From Mycolicibacterium smegmatis (lineage in GTDB: Bacteria; Actinomycetota; Actinomycetes; Mycobacteriales; Mycobacteriaceae): a stretch of 32,000 nucleotides of DNA. Positions 28,334 to 32,000 of the stretch are shown here, in pieces. The notes under the pieces were generated by a model. It searched no databases. It saw only the letters and a list, made by a program, of their open reading frames with translations, and was not told the origin of the DNA. The position numbers were made by a program, and so were the translations under genes. The stretch's first letter is position 1; every line of letters begins with the position of its first letter. The stretch is taken from the NCBI RefSeq assembly GCF_001457595.1, contig NZ_LN831039.1, positions 2,880,001 to 2,912,000 on the forward strand, in the 5' to 3' direction.

Positions 28334-30250
28334 ATGCTTGAACAGGTCCGCGGCCCCGCTGACTTGCAGCACCTGTCGCAGTCACAGCTACGTGATCTGG
28401 CGCAGGAGATCCGGCAATTCCTGATCCACAAGGTCGCTGCAACCGGTGGACATCTCGGCCCCAATCTGGGGGTCGTCGAGCTCACACTGGCGCTGCACCG
28501 GGTGTTCGATTCGCCGCACGATCCGATCATCTTCGACACGGGTCATCAGGCGTACGTGCACAAGATGCTGACCGGTCGCAGCGAGGATTTCGACACGCTG
28601 CGCAGCAAGGACGGCCTCTCGGGTTATCCGTCGCGCTCCGAGAGTGATCACGACTGGGTCGAGTCCAGCCATGCCAGCGCGGCCCTGTCCTACGCCGACG
28701 GGCTGGCCAAGGCCTTCGAACTCACCGGGCACCGCAACCGCCATGTGGTGGCCGTCGTGGGCGACGGGGCGCTGACCGGCGGCATGTGTTGGGAGGCGCT
28801 CAACAACATCGCGACCTCGCGCCGCCCGGTGGTGATCGTGGTCAACGACAACGGCCGCAGCTACGCGCCGACCATCGGCGGCCTCGCCGAGCATCTCGCG
28901 GCGCTGCGCCTGCAGCCGGGGTACGAGCGCGTGCTCGAAGAGGGCCGCAAGGCCGTTCGCGGTGTGCCGCTCATCGGCGAGCTGTGCTACCAGTGCATCC
29001 ACTCGATCAAGGCCGGCATCAAGGACGCCATCGCCCCGCAGGTGATGTTCACCGACCTCGGCATCAAGTACGTCGGCCCCATCGACGGGCACGACGAACA
29101 CGCCGTCGAGAGCGCCCTGCGCCACGCCCGCGGCTTCAACGCGCCGGTGATCGTGCACGTCGTGACCCGCAAGGGCATGGGCTACGCGCCCGCCGAGAAC
29201 GACGAGGCCGACCAGATGCACGCCTGCGGTGTGATCGACCCCGAGACCGGGTTGCCCACCAAGGCCAGCGGCACCAGTTGGACGTCGGTGTTCTCCGACG
29301 AGTTGATCTCGCAGGCCGCCAAGCGCCGTGACGTCGTCGCGATCACCGCGGCCATGCCAGGGCCCACCGGTCTGAGTGCGTTCCGGGACCGGTTCCCCGA
29401 CCGGTTCTTCGACGTCGGCATCGCCGAACAGCACGCCATGACCTCGGCCGCGGGCCTGGCGATGGGCGGGCTGCACCCGGTGGTCGCGATCTACTCGACG
29501 TTCCTCAACCGTGCCTTCGACCAGTTGATGATGGACGTCGCGCTGCACAAGCTGCCGGTGACCATGGTGCTCGACCGCGCAGGCATCACCGGGCCTGACG
29601 GCGCGAGCCACAACGGCATGTGGGATCTGTCGATCCTCGGCATCATCCCCGGCATCCGCGTCGCCGCGCCGCGCGACGGTGCCCGCCTGCGTGCGGAACT
29701 CGGCGAGGCGCTGGCCGTCAACGACGGCCCCACGGCCATCCGGTTCCCCAAAGGGGATGTGGGCGAGGACATCCCGGCGGTGCAGCGCCGCGACGGGGTC
29801 GACGTGCTCGCTGTTCCCGCCACGGGTCTCACGCACGACGTGCTGCTGGTGGCGGTCGGATCGTTCGCGAAGATGGCGCTGGCCGTCGCCGAACTGCTGC
29901 GCAGCCAGGGCATCGGCGTGACCGTCGTGGACCCGCGTTGGGTGCTGCCCGTCCCGGAGGCGCTCGCCGATCTGGCCCGCGATCACAAACTCGTGGTCAC
30001 CGTCGAGGACAACGGTCTGCACGGCGGCATCGGGTCGTCGGTGTCGGCCGCGCTGCGGCACGCCGAGATCGACGTGCCGTGCCGTGACGTCGGTGTACCG
30101 CAACAGTTCCAGGACCACGCGTCACGCGGTGAGGTGCTCGCCGAGGTCGGCCTGACCGATCGTCACATCGCCCGGCAGATCACCGGGTGGGTGGCCGCGA
30201 TCGGCACCCGCTCGGCCGCCGAGGACGAAGTCGGGCAGACGCTCGACTAG
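28334..30250 (+). CDS. dxs: 1-deoxy-D-xylulose-5-phosphate synthase, 638 aa
   Basis: [84 protein letters not shown]. Confidence 0.98.
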
Positions 30251-30287
30251 CAGCCCTCGGGCTCCTCGCGGCCAGTAGGCTGCCGAG

Positions 30288-31202
30288 ATGCACGATGAAC
30301 TGCAGCGCTGGAAAGACGCCGGGCAGTACTTCGACTACCTGGGATTCGACATCTTCTACCGGGTCGACGGCGTGGCGCCGGGCACCGGGCCGAATCTGCT
30401 TCTCATCCACGGATATCCGTTCAACTCGTGGGACTGGTCGCTGATCTGGCCCACGCTGACGCAGCGGTTCACCGTGATCGCCCCGGACATGATCGGCATG
30501 GGGTTCTCGGACAAACCGGTGGCCTACGAATACCGCGTCACCGACCACGCCGACATCCACGAGGCGCTGCTCGCGCACCTCGGGATCACCAGCACGCACA
30601 TCCTCGCCCACGATCTCGGTGACTCGGTGGGGCAGGAGATGCTGGCCCGTCACGAATTCGGCGGTCAGGCGTACGGCGGTTTCCAGATCGAATCCGTCAC
30701 GTGGCTCAACGGGGGACTGTTCAACGAGGCCTACCGGCCCCGCCTGATGCAGAAGGTCATGTCGCGAACACCGTTGGGCGACATCCTCAGTCCACTGCAG
30801 GGGTCACCGCTGTCACGGCGGGTCTTCGAGTCGACCCTCGACCAGATGTTCGGAGTGAACACCAAGCCGTCGCGCGAGATGATCGAGAAGTTCCATCAGA
30901 TCCTCGACCACAACGACGGAAAACGCGTGCTGCACAAGGTCGGACGATTCGTCACCGATCGCTACACCCACCGCAACCGGTGGGTGCGCGCGATGCGTGA
31001 GACGTCGGTGCCGATGCGGTTGATCGACGGGCCGTCGGATCCGAACTCGGGCCGCCACATGGCACAGCGCTATCTCGAGGTCATCCCGGATCCCGACGTC
31101 GTGATGCTCGCCGACGACATCGCCCACTGGCCGCAGATCGAGGCGCCGGACGCTGTGCTCGCACACTTCCTGGAGCACATCGACCGCGTCGTCGCGCTCT
31201 GA
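30288..31202 (+). CDS. Alpha/beta hydrolase with Asp nucleophile (haloalkane dehalogenase/epoxide hydrolase-like), 304 aa
   Basis: LLLIHGYPFNSWDW, THILAHDLGDSVGQEML nucleophile elbow with Asp, C-terminal ADDIAHWPQIEAPDAV. Confidence 0.87.
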   Translation: MHDELQRWKDAGQYFDYLGFDIFYRVDGVAPGTGPNLLLIHGYPFNSWDWSLIWPTLTQRFTVIAPDMIGMGFSDKPVAYEYRVTDHADIHEALLAHLGITSTHILAHDLGDSVGQEMLARHEFGGQAYGGFQIESVTWLNGGLFNEAYRPRLMQKVMSRTPLGDILSPLQGSPLSRRVFESTLDQMFGVNTKPSREMIEKFHQILDHNDGKRVLHKVGRFVTDRYTHRNRWVRAMRETSVPMRLIDGPSDPNSGRHMAQRYLEVIPDPDVVMLADDIAHWPQIEAPDAVLAHFLEHIDRVVAL

Positions 31203-31229
31203 AACCGGTTTGAATCCGGCCGGCCTGCA

Positions 31230-32000
31230 TCAGTTCTCGGCCAGCGCGACGGTGAGCACCGGCACGGTGAGCTCGCGCTGCCACGGCCGCACCTGGTTGT
31301 CGACCAGGAATTCCTCGACGGTCGACGCGACGTCGGCCACGGGTTGCCAGTCCCAGCACAGCCGGCGCACCACCTCGGGGGTGATCAGGTTCTCGGCCGG
31401 CACCGAAACGCGTTCGGACAGTTCGGCCAGGCCGGCACGGGCCGCCTCCAGGCGTGCGGCGGCCTCGGGTTTGCGCCGTGCCCAGCGCGCCGCGGGCGGC
31501 GGGCCGTTGGACGCCTCTGACGCCGACGGCGGATCGGGGTTCTGTCGCGCGCGGTTGAGGGCGTCCAGCCAGACCTGGGCGCTGCGCCGCTGCTTGGCGC
31601 CGCCGAACACCGGGAGCGCGGTGAGTTCCGCGGTGGTCTTGGGGTCGACGGTGGCCGCGTTGATGATCGCGGCGTCGGGCAGGATCCGGCCGGGGGCGAT
31701 GTCACGGCTGCGGGCGATGTTGTCCCGCGTGGTCCACAGCTCGCGGACCGCGGCCAGCGCCCGCGGGTTGCGCACCTTGTGGATGCCCGACGTGCGCCGC
31801 CACCGGTCCCGGCGCGTCGGTTGCGCGACGTAGGTGCGCAGGTGCTCGAATTCCTGTGCAGCCCATTCGGTCTTGCCCTGCTCTTCGAGCACCGCGGCGA
31901 TCGCGTGGCGCAACTCCAGCAGCACCTCGACATCCAGCGCCGCATAGTTGAGCCACTCGTCGGGCAGCGGACGCTTGGACCAGTCGGCCGCGCCGTGGCC
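31230..32000 (-). CDS. Ribonuclease D family 3'-5' exonuclease with HRDC domain, C-terminal part (gene continues past the right edge)
   Basis: Frame open to the window edge: ADWSKRPLPDEWLNYAALDVEVLLELRHAIAAVLEEQGKTEWAAQEFEHL, HRDC-like VRNPRALAAVRELWTTRDNIARSRDIAPGRILPDAAI. Confidence 0.93.
   Translation of the reverse strand, partial: GHGAADWSKRPLPDEWLNYAALDVEVLLELRHAIAAVLEEQGKTEWAAQEFEHLRTYVAQPTRRDRWRRTSGIHKVRNPRALAAVRELWTTRDNIARSRDIAPGRILPDAAIINAATVDPKTTAELTALPVFGGAKQRRSAQVWLDALNRARQNPDPPSASEASNGPPPAARWARRKPEAAARLEAARAGLAELSERVSVPAENLITPEVVRRLCWDWQPVADVASTVEEFLVDNQVRPWQRELTVPVLTVALAEN

Noticed and set aside
28388-30118. 576-aa minus-strand ORF opposite dxs
   Set aside because: Antisense shadow of a clear dxs gene.
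1-32000. CRISPR arrays, transposases, phage genes, toxin-antitoxin pairs or defence islands
   Set aside because: No regularly spaced repeats, integrase/transposase motifs or defence-gene motifs were seen by eye; gene order is conserved housekeeping content.

Overview
This 32 kb high-GC window is an ordinary, tightly packed actinobacterial chromosomal segment. Recalled protein similarity and gene order place it in Mycobacterium/Mycolicibacterium, most like M. smegmatis. The order is: chiZ-like LysM gene, nrdR, PhzF-family gene, alpha/beta hydrolase, PAC2 protein, serine protease, sthA, DUF4192, ideR, sigB, DUF3099, DUF3039, YihY membrane protein, DUF7455, DUF952, sigA, ppgK, suhB, cei, DUF4193, DUF3093, dut, DUF3710, alpha/beta hydrolase, OB-fold protein, DUF3159, two TrkA/RCK genes (ceoC/ceoB), APC/KimA-like permease, TrmA-type RNA methyltransferase, GGDEF protein, nhaA, dxs, Asp-nucleophile alpha/beta hydrolase, and RNase D (cut by the right edge). 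I found no phage, transposon, CRISPR, rRNA or tRNA genes and no convincing new multi-gene system. The points most worth a second look are: (1) an apparent 1-nt frameshift in the Lys/Ala-rich N-terminus of the essential gene sigA, at a G-run inside an imperfect tandem repeat; (2) an apparent frameshift in the GGDEF gene, which also has a degenerate active-site motif; (3) a SigE/SigH-type promoter motif just upstream of sigB; (4) -10 motifs placed for leaderless dxs and dut transcripts; (5) two RCK proteins divergent from a KimA-like transporter; (6) strong hairpins after sigA and sigB. Very large antisense ORFs opposite sigA, sigB/ideR and dxs look like high-GC shadow ORFs.
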